Virus record (IMG/VR): IMGVR_UViG_3300049043_000188
Span: 1-64,000 of that record
DNA: 64,000 nt
Origin: a virus
Direction: 5' to 3' (one strand)
Position numbers and translations under genes: made by a program
Part shown: piece after piece, positions 29,580-45,143 of the stretch
Layout of the letters: the number at the start of each line of letters is the position of its first letter
Numbering within the stretch: position 1 is the first letter of the stretch
The notes under the pieces: generated by a model
The model's database searches: none
What the model saw: the letters and a program-made list of their open reading frames with translations, nothing else
Told to the model about the DNA's origin: nothing

Positions 29580-31505
29580 ATGCCTCTAGTAAACTTTACA
29601 AATCTAGATTTCGATCAGATTAAAACAACGCTTAGAGACTATCTCAAAGCAAACTCAAACTTTACAGACTATGATTTTGAAGGGTCTAATCTTTCAACAA
29701 TTCTTGATGTTTTGGCTTACAATACTTATATTACTTCATATAATGCAAATATGGTTGCAAATGAGGTATTTCTTGATAGTGCAACATTAAGAGAGAATGT
29801 GGTCTCTTTAGCAAGAACAATTGGATATATTCCTAAATCAAAAAAAGCAGCAAGAGCAACAATAAGTTTTTTTGTAGATTGTTCAAATATTACACCAACT
29901 CCAGTATCATTAACTCTTAAAAAAGGACCAGTTGCAAGCACCTCTGGAACTTTTGGTAATCAATCTTTTGTCTTTTCTATTTTAGAAGATATTACTGTTC
30001 CGATATTTGATAATATTGCATCATTTAATGATGTTCAAATTTATGAAGGAACACTTTTAACATCAAACTTTACTTACACTTCTAGAAATCCAAATCAAAG
30101 ATACATATTACCAAACTCTGGTATTGATACAAATTTAATTTCAGTTATTGTTAAAAACAATCAACAATCTTCTGTTTCTGTAAAATATAATCAACAAGAC
30201 AGTCTTTTTGAAGTTGATAAAGAGTCTGAAGTTTATTTCTTACAAGAAATTGAAGATGAAAGATACGAATTAATATTTGGTGATAATGTATTTGGAAAAG
30301 CACTTCAAGAAGGAAATTATATAGAAGCATCATATATTATCACAAATGGAGATTCTGCTAATGGAATTGGTCAGTTCTCATATTCGGGTAAATTAACATA
30401 CACTAGAAATTCTATTGATTATACTGTTACTTCTGGAATATCTCTTTTAACTACAGGATTGATTGCTTCTGGTGGAGAAAATATTGAATCGGTAGAATCA
30501 ATTAAAAAGTATGCTCCTAGAATATATTCCTCTCAAAATAGAGCTGTAACAGCAAATGATTATGAAACTTTAATTCCATCAAAAATTTATCCCGAAACAG
30601 AATCAATATCTGTTTTTGGTGGAGAAGAATTAATTCCTCCACAATATGGAAAAGTTTTTATCAGTATTAAACCAAGAAGTGGAGACTTTTTATCAAACTT
30701 AGTCAAAGAAAATATTAAACTCAAACTTAAAAAATATGCTGTTGCAGGAATTGTTCCTGAAATTTTAGATCTAAAATATCTTTACATTGAAATAGATTCA
30801 AAAATATATTACAATACAAATCTAGCTCCTAGTACATCATATGTTTCTAGTATTGTTCAATCAAATGCTACCAAATACTCTGAATCAACTGAATTAAACA
30901 AGTATGGTGCAAGATTTAAGTATAGTAAATTTCTAAAAATTATTGATGAAAGTCATGAGGCAGTGACATCAAATATTACTAAGATTCAAATTAGAAGAGA
31001 TTTAAGAGTTTCTTTAAATAGTTTTGCAGAATACTCCATAGGATTTGGAAATGAATTTCATATCAATAGTATGGATGGATACAATATAAAGTCTACTTCA
31101 TTTAAGGTAAGTGGAATATCTCAGGATGTTTACTTATCAGATATTCCGGACACAAATAGAACAACTGGTTCTATTTTCTTGTTTAATGTTCCAAGTATAT
31201 CTTCAACATCCTCAACAATTATAAGAAGAAATGTTGGAAAAATTAACTATAAATCTGGAATTATTATATTAAATCCAATAATTATAAATTCAGCAAAACA
31301 AAAAAATGGACAACCAATAATTGAAATATCTGCAACACCAAAATCAAATGATGTTATTGGATTACAGGATTTATATTTACAACTAGATATTAGTAAGAGT
31401 AATTTTGAAATGGTCATCGATGAAATTTCATCTGGATTAGACCCTTCAGCATCTAATTACATCGTATCATCAAGTTACACAAACGGGAATTTAGTAAGAT
31501 CATAA
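29580..31505 (+). CDS. gp6: baseplate wedge subunit gp6
   Basis: LDFDQIK...FTDYDFEGS...FLDSATLRENVVSLA; QNRAVTANDY. Confidence 0.95.
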   Translation: MPLVNFTNLDFDQIKTTLRDYLKANSNFTDYDFEGSNLSTILDVLAYNTYITSYNANMVANEVFLDSATLRENVVSLARTIGYIPKSKKAARATISFFVDCSNITPTPVSLTLKKGPVASTSGTFGNQSFVFSILEDITVPIFDNIASFNDVQIYEGTLLTSNFTYTSRNPNQRYILPNSGIDTNLISVIVKNNQQSSVSVKYNQQDSLFEVDKESEVYFLQEIEDERYELIFGDNVFGKALQEGNYIEASYIITNGDSANGIGQFSYSGKLTYTRNSIDYTVTSGISLLTTGLIASGGENIESVESIKKYAPRIYSSQNRAVTANDYETLIPSKIYPETESISVFGGEELIPPQYGKVFISIKPRSGDFLSNLVKENIKLKLKKYAVAGIVPEILDLKYLYIEIDSKIYYNTNLAPSTSYVSSIVQSNATKYSESTELNKYGARFKYSKFLKIIDESHEAVTSNITKIQIRRDLRVSLNSFAEYSIGFGNEFHINSMDGYNIKSTSFKVSGISQDVYLSDIPDTNRTTGSIFLFNVPSISSTSSTIIRRNVGKINYKSGIIILNPIIINSAKQKNGQPIIEISATPKSNDVIGLQDLYLQLDISKSNFEMVIDEISSGLDPSASNYIVSSSYTNGNLVRS

Positions 31506-31510
31506 TAAAA

Positions 31511-34500
31511 ATGACAGAAAAAAGAGTTCAGTTTAGCAACATTGTTAAGAATCAACTTCCTGCATATGTAAGGGAAGAATTTCCATTAATATCTGAATTT
31601 CTTTCGCAATATTATATCTCACAAGAATTCAAAGGTGCTCCTGTTGATTTGATTCAAAACATTGATCAATATGTAAAAGTAGATGAACTTACAAATACAA
31701 CTGATTATCTGTATCTTAATTCAGACATAACTGATATTGATACAACGATTACTGTGAATGTTGGTCAGAATAATCAAGGAACATCAGATTTTCCAGATTC
31801 TTATGGATTGATACAAATTGATAATGAAATTATTACATATACTTCTAAAACATCAAATTCTTTTCTTGGATGTATAAGAGGTTTTAGTGGAATATCTTCT
31901 CATACTAAACAGAATATTCCAGATCAATTAACATTTAAGTCTACTGAATCTTCTAGCCACTTTAGCAGGAACAGCAATTGTTAATTTAAGTTCTTTATTT
32001 CTTAAAGAATTTTTATCTAAAACAAAATATCAACTTTCTCCAGGATTTGAAGATAGAACTCTTTATTCTGATTTAAATCAATCTATCTTTTTAAAACAAA
32101 TCAAAGATTTTTATCAAAGTAAAGGAACTGATGAAGTCTTTTGCAATTCTTTTTAAAGTTTTATATGGAAAAGAAGTAAAAATTATTCGACCAAAAGAAA
32201 ATCTTTTTAGACCATCAGATGCTCATTATAGATTAACTAACGATATAGTTGTAGAAAGTATCTCTGGAGATCCATCTAGATTTAACAAATCAAACTTTAT
32301 ATCAAGAATGTATATGGCTCTATTTCTATATGCCCGTAGTCCAATAACTTACGTAGAAAAAATAATTTCTGGAATTGGAAATACTTATTATAAATTAAGT
32401 TTAGACTCTGGATATAATAGAGATATTATTGCTAATGGATGCTACAATTGGTAAATTCACAGTTCACCCAAGAACAAAAATAATTGGACCAGTTTCTTCT
32501 GGATACAACTGTTTTTGATGTTGATTCTACTGTTGGATTTCCTGCAAATGGAGAACTTTTAGTAAATTATGGAGATCAAACCACAGGAATTGTTACATAT
32601 ACTTCAAAATCTCTAACTCAGTTTTTTGGATGCTCTGGAGTTTCCAAAACTATTTTAGATGCAGCATCTGTTGGTATTAATACATATGCATCATGCATAT
32701 AATCCAGACGGATCTTTAGTAAAATTAAGAGTAACTTCAGTTTTAAATTCTACAGAAATTTTAGGAAATACTAGGTATCATTACAAAAATGATACTTCAG
32801 TAATTAGAACTTTAGGAGTGAATACTAATGATGTTTATTCTAAAGATTGGTTTTTTAACATTCCAATTTCATATAAAGTAAGATCAATTGTTTCTCGTGG
32901 AACAAATGATACTTATGATATTACTACAACAAATACATAATATTTTAAAAATTGGTGATAAAATTGATATAATTTCAAGTTCCGGTGATTAAAAAAACAT
33001 CAACAATTATTGATTTAATTTCGAACTACAACTTTTACAATTAATGGTCAAGGAATTTTAAGTTTAACAGAAACATATACTATTAAAAAAAGTTTGCTTA
33101 AAGGAAATTCCATTTATTTTTCCAGTGTTTCTAGTGTAAATGCAAATGTTCAGAATGTATATAATCTTGAGTCTAAAATATTAATTTCTTCTCCATCAAT
33201 TCCATTTTATTATAATCAATCATTATCAACTACTGATAGATCTATCATATTTTCTGGAACTTTTTCTGGATCGATTTTTACAATAACTACAAATTCAGAT
33301 CATGGATTTTACACTGGAGACAGCATTTATTATACTCCAGGATCTTCTTCAACAAATTCATTATTTGATGAAGGAATTTATTTTGTTAAAAGAATAGATT
33401 CTAATAAAATTAGTCTTGCAAAAAGTAGAACTAATATCTTTAATGGTATTTTTGTATCAGTATCTAGTAGCACTAACAATAACAAATAATAAAATTGAAC
33501 TTTATGAATTTAAATCAAAAACTTTAACCTCTCAAAAGTTACTTAGAGAATTATCTTTACCTACAGATGATGGAAATGTCTATAAAACAAATCCAGGATT
33601 TACTGGAATATTACTTAATGGTGTAGAGATTTTAAATTATAAAGCAAGTGAATCAATATATTATGGAGAAATAAAAGAAGTTGAAGTAACTGCTCCTGGA
33701 TCAAACTATGATATTATTAATCCTCCAGTTTTAAGTATTACAGATTCTTTGGGAGTAGGTGCAACAGGATTCTGTGCAGTTAATGGATCACTTCAAGAAA
33801 TTAGAATTATTGATCCTGGATTTGATTATCTAAGACACACCAATTATTAAAATCACTGGTGGTAATGGTAGTTGGTGCAAAGGCATTTGCAAATATGAAG
33901 TTAGTAGAGCACGAATCCACTTTTAACTCTCAGGGAAATGCAGAATCTAGTTGGAATTGGTAGTGCATTATCAACTATTGGATTTACAACATATCACAAA
34001 TTTAGAAATGCAGAAAGAGTAATTTATAAAACAGATGGGCAAAGAGGTGTTGGTGGATTATCTACAGATTCTTCATATTTTGTTTCTGTAAAAGATAATT
34101 TTACAATTAAACTTCATAAAACTTTAGATGATGCTGTATCTGGAATTAATACCATCACACTATCTTCATATGGCATAGGTAATCATAAATTTAAATCATA
34201 TAATCAAAAATCTATAGTTGGATCTATTAACGTAGAAAGTTCTGGATCTGGATACGAAAATAAAAAAAGAACAACTACACATTTAGGAATTAATACTTCA
34301 CTATCTCAAATTATAATCAATAATCACGGATATAATTCTGGAGAAAAAATTGTATATACAACTGATTTTACTCCAATTAGTGGATTATCTACAAATACAG
34401 AATATATTGTAACTAAAGTAGATGATAATTCATTCAAACTCTCTACATGTTGGTGTTGGAAGCACTAATATTGATTTTTACTATAATACTAAACAATATG

Positions 34501-37500
34501 TTAAATTAAATTCTGTTGGTCTTGGAACTCATATATTTAATTATCCAGAAATTAAAGTAGAACTTATTGGAAATGTTGGACTATCTTCAATTGGAACAAC
34601 AGACTTTTGATGCAGTCATTCAACCTATTTTTAGAGGACAAATTAAATCAGTTCATTTAACTTCTGGTGGAGTTGGATATGGTTCTTCAGAAATTATTAA
34701 TTTTTACAGACAACCATCTTTTACATTAAAATCTGGGAAATCTGCACAGTTAAATCCCATAGTTTCTACAGATGGAAAAATTATTGAGGTATTAGTTAAT
34801 AATACTGGGATCTGAGTATAATTCTGCCCCAACATTAATTGTAAATGGGACTGGAAGAGGAGCTGTTGTAACGCCAATTATTGATAATGGTCAAATAATC
34901 TCAATAAAAGTAATTGAAAGTGGAATTGGATATTCGCAAAATTCCACTTCAATTACAGTGACTTCCTTCAGGATCAGCAGCAGAATTTAGAGCAAAAATA
35001 CAAAGTTGGACTGTTAATTTATTTAAAAAGTATTATTCATCATTAACATCTGATGATGGGATCATATCTAAGAGTATCAATGAATCACTTGGACTTCAAT
35101 ATGCCCATTTATATGCTCCTAGAAAATTGAGAGAAATTTTACAACCATCAGACCAAAATGGAAATAAAGTATATGGAAAAACAGACTTATCAAAACAAAA
35201 CAATATTGAAATAAATTCAACAAGCCACTCTCCTATTATTGGATGGGCATATGATGGAAATCCAATTTATGGTCCTTATGGATATATTACAAAAACTGGT
35301 GGTATAGTTACTCAACTCAAATCTGGATATATACCAGAAAATAAATCAAATAGACCATCATTAACTTCTTTTGAACTTGGATTTTTTGTAGAAGATTTTA
35401 CTCATTACAAAAAAGGTGATGATACAGTTCTTGATGAAAATAATGGAAGATTCTGTATTACTCCAGAATTTCCAAAAGGAACTTATGCATATTTTGCAAC
35501 TTTTGAACCAACTGCTGATAGTGGTGGAAAGTTCTCAAATTACAAACAACCAAAATTCCCATATTTGATTGGCGATTCTTTTAAATCAAAACCAATTGAC
35601 TTTAATTTCCAGAAAAATTCAAATCAAGATGATATTGATTTAAATCAAACTAAATGGTCTAGAAATACTTATTTCTATAATTTAATAAATGATGATGCAT
35701 CATATTCATACCTAACAATACCAAACAACTTAAATCAAACAGTAGACGTTAAAGTTTGCATCTCCTGGAGTTGTAGAATCTGTTGGTATTGTAACTGGAG
35801 GAACAAATTATAAAGTTAATGATTCTGTTGTATTTAACAATACTAGATACTCAAGGTACATGGAGCTAAGTGCTAGAGTTTCAAAAGTTGAAGGAAAATC
35901 AGTAACTTCAGTAAGTGTTGCTACTAGCACAATTTCGAATGTTGAAATATATCCAGGAGAAAACAAAGGAGATTATATTATTATTGCAAATGATCCTCAT
36001 AATTTTAAAAATAATGATTTTGTTTCTGTCTATGGGTTAAGCACAACATCTTCTCTAATAGAAGGATTTTATAAAGTTGGTATATCAACAAACATTTTAA
36101 CTATTTCTGGAATTGGAACAACTTCTGGAACTGTAACAACCGGAATTGGTAGTACAGGAGTAACAGGAATTATTACTTATATTAATGTTTCTGGAATTCT
36201 CAAATATCCAAACATAAAAGAAAATGATATTCTTTCTATTGAAAATGAAAAAGTAAAAGTTCTTAAACGTTGATAGATTAAATTCAAGAATTAGAGTTAT
36301 TAGAGCATATCAAGGAACATCTGGAGTTGCTCATACTTCATCTACTCAACTCAAAGAAAATCCAAGAAAGTTACTGATCAATGCTGGATATAGAACTTCT
36401 TATGATTATAGAATTAATACTCAATTATACTTTAATCCAGTAGACTCTGTTGGACTTGGAACTTTATCTGGTGTTGGTATTGGTACAACAATTACCTTTA
36501 GCAATCCTGGTGCTGGAATTACACAAATCTTTATTCCAACCAAATCAATTTACATTCCAAATCACGGATTAGAAACTGGTGATCTAGTTACATATTCAAA
36601 CAATGGTGGATCATCTTTAGTAGTTTCTTCTACTGGTATTGGAACCACAACTATTGCAGATCAGTCAAGTGTTTATATTGCAAAAATTTCTGATGATCTA
36701 ATTGGTATCGCAACAATTAGAGTTGGTTTAGGATCTACAGGTACTTTTGTTGGTATTGCAAGTACCCAAAGATCTCAATCTACTTTATTCTTTGTAGAAA
36801 ATGGTTCTGGAGTATATCACAGTCTAAAAACTAATTTTGATGTTATTACTGGAACTATTGAAAGAAATCTTACTACAGTTTCCTGTGCTTCCACGCACGG
36901 ATTAACTAACAATGATGCGGTTTATGTGGATGTTAATCCTTCAATCTCAACCACATTTACTGTAAAGTATGATGATTATAATAGAAAAGTTGTAATTAAT
37001 CCAAAATCATTTATTTCTGCTGGGGTTAATACAGTAACCGATACAATTACAATCCAAGATCACCAATTATATAATGGACAAAAAGTAATTCATACATCAA
37101 CAGCACCTTCTGGCGGACTTCAGAGTGAAAAGGAATACTTATGTAATTAAAGTAGATAAAAATAATATTAAGTTATCTGAAACTTTTTATAATGCTACTG
37201 CAGCAAAACCAGTCTCTGTTGGAATTACAAGTTCTTCTTCTGGAAGCAATTTTACCAATCAATCCCACCACTAACACTTTATAAAGATTCTGCAGTAACA
37301 TTTGATTTATCAGATTCTTCATCTGTCTTATATAAATCAATCTCAAAGATATCCAGCATTTAGTTTGGATTTTTATAAAGATAGCAATTTTACTCAATCA
37401 TTTGAATCAAGCAAGCAACAAAATGTATTTGAAATTCAAAGATCAGGTACAGTTGGAGTTGCAACTAATGCAAAAGTAGTTTTAACCGTTAATGATAACA

Positions 37501-40500
37501 TCCCAGATAGATTATATTACAAATTAACTCCAGTTTATGACAGTACAACTCCAGAGGAAAAGAAAAAAATTAGTATTGATTCTGATGTAATTTTAAATAA
37601 TCAAATTGAAATAATACCTAAGCAGATATAATGGAAAACATACTATAACATCTATTTCCTCAACTACATTTACATACACATTACCACAGACACCAGAAAA
37701 TACTTCCTATATTGGTTCTGCATCCAGTATTAGATATAAAACCGATTCCACTAAGTGCTTTTGGTGCAATTTCAGATATTGAAGTAACAAACAAAGGCAA
37801 AAATTATTATGCACTACCAGGAATTTCTACAATTGTTACTGAATTAGGAAGAAATGCTTTGATTAGAAGCATCAAGTTCTTCAATTGGAAAAATTAAGAA
37901 GACAAAAATTAATGATGTTGGATTTGATTTTCCAAGTGACTTTACACTAAAACCAAGTGTTTCTTTAAATCAAGTTATCAAGGTAGAACCACTATCATCA
38001 CTTAAGTCTGTTGGTGTTTCCTCTTTTGGTAGAGGTTATAACACATCACCAAAACTTCTTGTATTTGATGGTAAGACTAATAAACTTGTTCCAGAAATTG
38101 ATTTAAAATATACACTTAGGAAGCAATCAAGTAGAAATACGTAGAAATGCTTATAGTTTGAATAATGTCACTCCGACTATTTTACCAATACAAAACTCAA
38201 ATGGTGTTGGAATTGGATCTATTAGATATAATTCGACAACTAAAGAAGTAACTGTAATTTTATCTGTCGGTTTTAGTACTGCAGAATCATTCCCATTTGC
38301 AGTAAATGATAAAGTTCTTATTGAAAATATTAGTGTTGGTGTTGGATCAACTGGTATTAGGGTACAATTCTGAAAATTACAACTATAAACTCTTTACTCT
38401 TACATCTGTTACTGAAAACAGAGGTGGAATAGGATCAGTATCATATAGTCTTAGATGGATTGCTTTCTGCATCATCAATTCCCGGAAATTATGATTCTGT
38501 AAACTTCTTCTGGAAGAATAATTCCACAAAAATATTTCCCAATTTTTAATATTGAATCTTCAAAAGAATAATTATTTGATTGGAGAAAATATAAAATCAA
38601 ATTCTACTACTGGATATGTTGATGGATGGAATCCAATTACAAATCAACTAAGAGCAGTATCTAAAGAAAACTTTGTAGTTGGAGAAATAATTGAAGGATC
38701 TAACCTCAAAATCACAAGGAATTGCAAGTATTGTAGATACTACAGATTCTTTCTTTAATTTAGAATCATCATCTCTTGTTGATAATGGATGGCAAACAAA
38801 TGCAGGATTTTTAAATACCAATTCAGAAAGAATTCAAGATAATGATTTTTACCAAAACTTCTCATATTCAATTAAATCAGAAATAAGTTATGATTCTTGG
38901 AAAGATGCGGTAAGTACTTTAAATCACACAACAGGATTTAAAAAATTTGCAGAGTATCAACTTGAAACAAAAAATTCCAACTCAATGTCAGTTGGTCTGT
39001 CTACAGAAAAAACATATATTGATGTAGTTGTAGATATCGTTGGATTTGCAGACTTAAACTGCGTCATCTGATTTTGATTTAGTAAAAGAAAATTCTTTAT
39101 CTGGTTCTGGAAGTATTTTTCCAATGAAATAACTTTCTCAAACAGAGTCTTAACTGACTACTTTGAATCCATAGGAAATAGAGTTCTGTCTATTGATGAT
39201 TTAAGTTCTCAGTTTAACAGTAATCCAAGGTCTACAAGATTTTCTGAAGTTCATAGATTTACTCTTACAGATGCTAGAGCACAAAAGTATATTACATATG
39301 TTTCTGATAGAAGATTTACAGGTCAAAGGCAGTTAATGTTGGTATCTCTATTGCACGATGGTGGAATAGGTTATCATTAACCAATATGCAAGATTGGAGT
39401 CTTCTTATGATTTGGGATCATTTGATTTTATCGTTGATGGTTCTGAAGGAGTTTTAACATTCAATCCAGTCAACTATTCAGTTAATGATTATAACATCAC
39501 TACCTTATCATACAATTTAAAAGATTCTATGCTTGGAATTGGTACATCTTATTTTGGAGATTTGGTAACAGTTAAAACAAGTAGCGGATTTGTTTCTTCA
39601 GGATCAACAAATATAGTTGGTGTTGGTACAACATATAATTCTGCTAAAGTTTTAGTAGAAATTACCGGATCTGGCGGGCAGTATGAGTTCGATGAACTTA
39701 ATATTGTTCACGATGGTGTTAATGTTGAACTACTCGAATATGGTCAAGTTACTGATCATTCTTTAGATGCATATTCTAGTTCTGGACTAGGAACATATTA
39801 TCCATATATTTCTGGATCTCAACTTAAAGTTGATTTTTATCCTAACACTGGTATTGCAGTAACCTTCAATACTTTCCAAACTACTTTTAGGTGGAACATC
39901 ATCTGGTATTGGAACATATGATATGCAACACGCCAGACTTCAAGGCATATCAACTTCAATAGCATCATCAGGTTCCCCAACTGCGACATCAATTATAGCT
40001 TATCCTGGAGATTATGATTGTTCATATTGCTTGGTTCAGGTTGCAGATACCACAAACAACAAATATCAGTTATCTGAAGTTGTTCTTTTAGATGATCAAA
40101 CCGATGAAAGTGTTGGTGAAACTTATATTGTTGAATTTGGTAATGTTGAAACTAATTCTGGACTTGGAACTTTTGGTGTAAGAAAGAATGGTTCAATAAC
40201 AGAACTAACCTTTACTCCTCTTCCAAGTATTAATACTAGAATTGTTGGATTCTTCAATGCACTAAGACATCAAGATGATGAAAAAGATGTAGTATCATTT
40301 AACAATGGAAGTATTGAAACAAACTATGGAACTTATTTTGGAACTGAAAGAGATATTAAACGTGCTTTTGATCTAAAACATAAAGGATCTCAAATTTTTA
40401 GAAGAGATTTTGATGGTAGCAGTGTTTCTATAGCAAATACTTCGATTCAGATGCAATTACTATTCCAAATCATTTCTTTGTTACTGGTGAAAAAGTTACT

Positions 40501-43500
40501 TATACAAATCCAGGAGTTGGAAGTACACAAGCAATTGGTATTGCATCTACAGATTTTGGTGTTGGTATTGGTACAACAGATAAATTACCATCAAGTGTTT
40601 ATATTGTAAAAGTAAATGAAAATACAATTAAATTAGCAAGAAATGCAGAAGATGCTTTAAGTTTAACACCAAAAGTTTTAAACCTAACTTCAGTTGGAAT
40701 TGGAACATCTCACGCATTTACTGCAATTAATCAAAATGCAAAAGTAATTGTTGCAATTGATAATCTTATTCAATCACCTATTGTTTCTACAGCGCAAACA
40801 ACAACTTTATCAATTAATGCATTCAGCACTGACGATTTGATTTATGTAAGTGGTATAACATCCTTCTTTGGTGGAGATTTAATTAAAATTGGTAGCGAGA
40901 TAATGAGAATTGATTCTGTTGGTGTTGGAAGCACTAATTCGTATTAGAGTCCGTAGACCTTGGATGGGAACATCACTTGCAGGATATTCCACAGGAACAC
41001 TAGTTACCAAAGTTGTAGGAAATTATAATATTGTAGATAATGTGCTGAATTTCGTAGAAGCTCCTTATGGAAATGTTCCTCTTTCCACTTCAACAAATAG
41101 ACCAGATGAGAGAGATTGGATTGGAATATCTACAAGTTCTAGTTTCCAAGGAAGAACATTCTTAAGATCAGGAACTCCTGCGGGGACCAATGAAACTTAT
41201 TACTAAAAATTATGTCTTCAATGATCATTTCTAATCAATTTAATGGAAAAACTAAAAATTTTAATTTAAGATCTGATGGAACAACCGTCACAGGAATTTC
41301 TACTGAAAATGCAGTTATATTAATTAATGATATTTTCCAAGGACCTGGATTATCAAATGATTACTACTTATCTGAAGTCAATTGGAGTAACAACAATAAC
41401 CTTTACTGGTGCTGCAACTTCCATTGCTTATGATGTTAATACTTCTTCTATTCCTGCAGGTGGTGTAATAGTATCTGTTGGATCCACTGAAGGATTTGGT
41501 TATCAACCTTTAGTATCTGCTGGAGGAACTGCAATAGTTTCTGGTTTAGGTACAATTTCTTCCATTAGCATTGGTAATAGTGGTTCTGGATATAGATCAG
41601 GATTCAAATCAGTAAGAGTTGGAGTTGCAACATCTAATACAGGAACTCCCATCTATTCAGTTTATTGGAACTGCAATTGTAAATAATGGACACGTTGTTA
41701 GTATTGCAATTACAAATCCAGGAACTGGATATACTTCATCAAATCCACCATACGTTGTAATTGATGATCCCCTTTCTTATTCAAATCTTCCATTAGTTTA
41801 TAGTTCTTCCTCTCCAACTGGACTGGGAAGTCAAGCAACGGTTGATGTTGTAGTTGGTCAGGGATCTAGTGTAATAGATTTTGAAATTAAAAATCTTGGA
41901 TATGGTTATGGGCAAGGAGAAATATTAACTGTTTCTATTGGAGGAACAGTTGGTATTCCTACTGATCCAACTAAAACATTTAAAGAGTTCCAAATTTCCA
42001 TACAAAATACGATTAGTGATAAATTTACTGGGTGGTCAATTGGAGAGTTGCAAGTTTTAGATAATGTAGAAAATCTATTTGATGGATCTAGAGTTACTTT
42101 CCCACTAAGAGTTGCAGGATCTTTAATTTCGATAAGATCTGCAAGAGGTTCAAATATTAATATTCAAGATAATCTTCTTATCTTCTTAAATGATGTACTT
42201 CAAGTTCCAGGATCAGGATATCAGTTTGCCGGTGGAAGTGTAATTACATTTACAGAGGCACCTAAAGTTGGAGATTTATGTAAGATTATTTTCTATAGAG
42301 GAAGTGGATCTATTGATGTTATTGAAAGAAATATTTTGGAAACAGTTAAAGTTGGTGATGATTTAACCATTGGATATGATTCATCTTTGGGACAACCAGC
42401 AACTTTACAAGAAACTGAAAGAAATGTAAGTTCTATAGACTCTACCGATTTAGTAAAAACTATTCCATACTATGGTCCAGGTTTAGTTAATAATCCAACT
42501 ACTTTAAGACCAGTTACTTGGTGTAGACAAACTGAAGATAGAATTATCAACGAAAAAGAAGTTGGTAAAGATAGAATTCTTTATGAAGCTTTAATCTATC
42601 CATCATCATATTTAATTCAATCAGTTGGAATTGGATCAACTATAGCATTTATAGATTCTATTCGTCCATTTTTCAATCCATTAAATGAAAATGACACTAC
42701 TCTTAATTTCCAAAAAGATATTTTAATACTATCTCAAGATAATAAAGTTTCTGCATCTGCAACAGCTATTGTTTCTGTTGGAGGAACTATTTCTTCTATT
42801 GTAATATCATGATGGTGGATTTGGTTATTCTAGTGCTCCAACAGTAACAATTGAAAATAGTGTTGGATTTGGATCAACTGCCACTGCAACTTCTTCAATA
42901 ACCGCAGGTATTGTAACTACAATTTCTATAACTGGTCCAGGAACAGGATATACATCAACAAATGTTCCTAATGTTTTAATTGCTCGCCACCATCTTTCTC
43001 AATAGAAGAAAACACTGTCGTTACTTATGAAGGAGATTTTGGTATTATTACTGGAATATCAACAACAACAGTTGGTGTTGCTTCAACAGGAATTGTATTT
43101 GATTTCTTAATTCCAAAAGATTCTCCATTAAGAAATTCGTCAATTACTGGATTTACTACTATTAGTGGAATTTCTACAGGATATTATTTTGTGGTTCATA
43201 ATTCAAATGTAGGTAAAGGAGTTACATCATTAAATTCAAATGGATCTACTGTTGGTGTTGGAAGTACTTTCTTAGATAATGTTTATCAAGCAGTTGCAGT
43301 TTCTATTGCACAAACTTCTACACCAGGTCTTGGTGTAACGTATGTTGCTAAAGTCACAGCAAGTCTTACTTCTTATAATGGACTTTCTGGTATAGGATTT
43401 AGTAATTTCTATGGAGAATATAGTTGGGGAAGAATTGCTTTGGGAAGTAGAGAGAAAGAAATTTCATATAATGCATATACTATCAAATGGATATACTGGA

Positions 43501-43563
43501 ATAGCAACTGGTACAATGATTAGAAGAAGTTTTCCTCTTAAATACCTCAATTACATTTCATAA
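31511..43563 (+). CDS. giant (~4000 aa) gp7-like baseplate wedge protein, split by many indels
   Basis: Lies between gp6 and gp8; coding style is continuous across the fragments; YHYH-like HSPIIGWAYDGNPIYGPYG; RIQDNDFYQNFSYSIKS. Confidence 0.75.
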
Positions 43564-43583
43564 ATAAATAAAAAAACCGTCAA

Positions 43584-45137
43584 ATGGCAGCAATTATAAC
43601 TGATCAGATTAGAATATTAAATGCAAAGAATTTTGTTGCTGGAGTAAGTTCTTCAGGAAATTCATATTATTCTTTTATTGGATTACCAAATCCAACACGA
43701 AATTCAATCTGATTGGGATACAAATCCTCCTTCACCAAAAGACTCTTTTGATGAAGAAAATAGTTATTGGGATACGATGGTTGCACTTAAAAAAATTAGT
43801 GCATCTGATGTAAGACAAGTTGTTCAAAAAAGAGTTTGGTCTTCTGGAACAACATATGATATGTATCGTCACGATTATAGCAGATCAAATACTGCTAAAG
43901 TATCTGGCGCAACAAATTTATATTCTTCATCTTATTATGTTTTAAATAGTGACTATAGAGTTTATATTTGCTTACAAAACGGAACTACTCCAGACACTCC
44001 AAATGGAAAACCATTCATTAGATGAACCAACATTTACGGATTTAGAACCAAGATCTGCGGGAACAAGTGGAGATGGTTATATTTGGAAGTATCTTTATAC
44101 ACTAAAACCATCAGAAGTAACAAAGTTTGAAACATCTGATTTTATTCCTGTTCCAGCAAATTGGGAATCTTCTGCTGACAATGCTGCAGTAAGAGATAAT
44201 GCTGTCGATGGATCAATTAAAATTGTAACCATTACGAACAGAGGAGTTGGATTAGGAACAGCAAATAGAACTTATACAAGAGTTCCCATTAAAGGTGATG
44301 GAACTGGAGCAGAATGTACTATTGTCATTAATAATGATCAAAAAGTAGAATCGGTAGTTGTTTCTAGTCAAGGTTCTGGATATACTTATGGAAATGTTGA
44401 TTTAGTTGCAGGCAATGTACCTACAGGAACATCTAGACCAACTTTTAATGTTATTATTTCTCCAAAAGGAGGACATGGTGCTGATATCTATCGTGAACTT
44501 GGTGCATATAATGTTCTTCTTTACTCTAGAATTGAAAATGATACTCAAAATCCAGATTTTATAACTGGCAATCAAATTGCAAGAGTTGGTAGTAGTTGAA
44601 AGTCCAAAGATAAGTTCTGGAAGTTTATTAACTTCAGATAAAGCAAGTGCAGTTTATGCCTTAAGACTTACTGGAACTGGATATAGTTCAGCATCTTTTA
44701 CTGCAGACTCTTATTTTACACAAACTGTAGCAACGGGAACTACTGCTGTTGGTAGAGTTATTAGTTATGATCAAACTACAGGAGTTCTTAAGTATTGGCA
44801 AGATCGTTCTCTTGCAGGATTTACGACTGTTGGAGTTGCAGTTACAAATCCAACTTATGGATTTGATTTAACAGAATTTACTAGTTCTCCATCTACTGGA
44901 GGAAGTCTAACAATTGTACCTTCATCAGGGTCTAATTTATCAATTAATACATCATTTTCTGGTATATCTACAGTAATAAATAGTAGAACATATTATCTTG
45001 GTCAAGAATTTTCTAATGGTCTTGCAAACCCTGAGGTTAAAAAATATTCAGGAAATATTATCTATGTAGATAATAGACCAGCAATTACTAGATCATCCAA
45101 CCAAAAAGAAGATATTAAAGTCATTTTGCAGTTCTAA
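43584..45137 (+). CDS. gp8: baseplate wedge subunit gp8 (frameshifted)
   Basis: MAAIITDQIRILNA...W.SGTTYDMYRHDY...DGYIWKYLY...NQKEDIKVILQF. Confidence 0.9.
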
Positions 45138-45143
45138 AGAATT

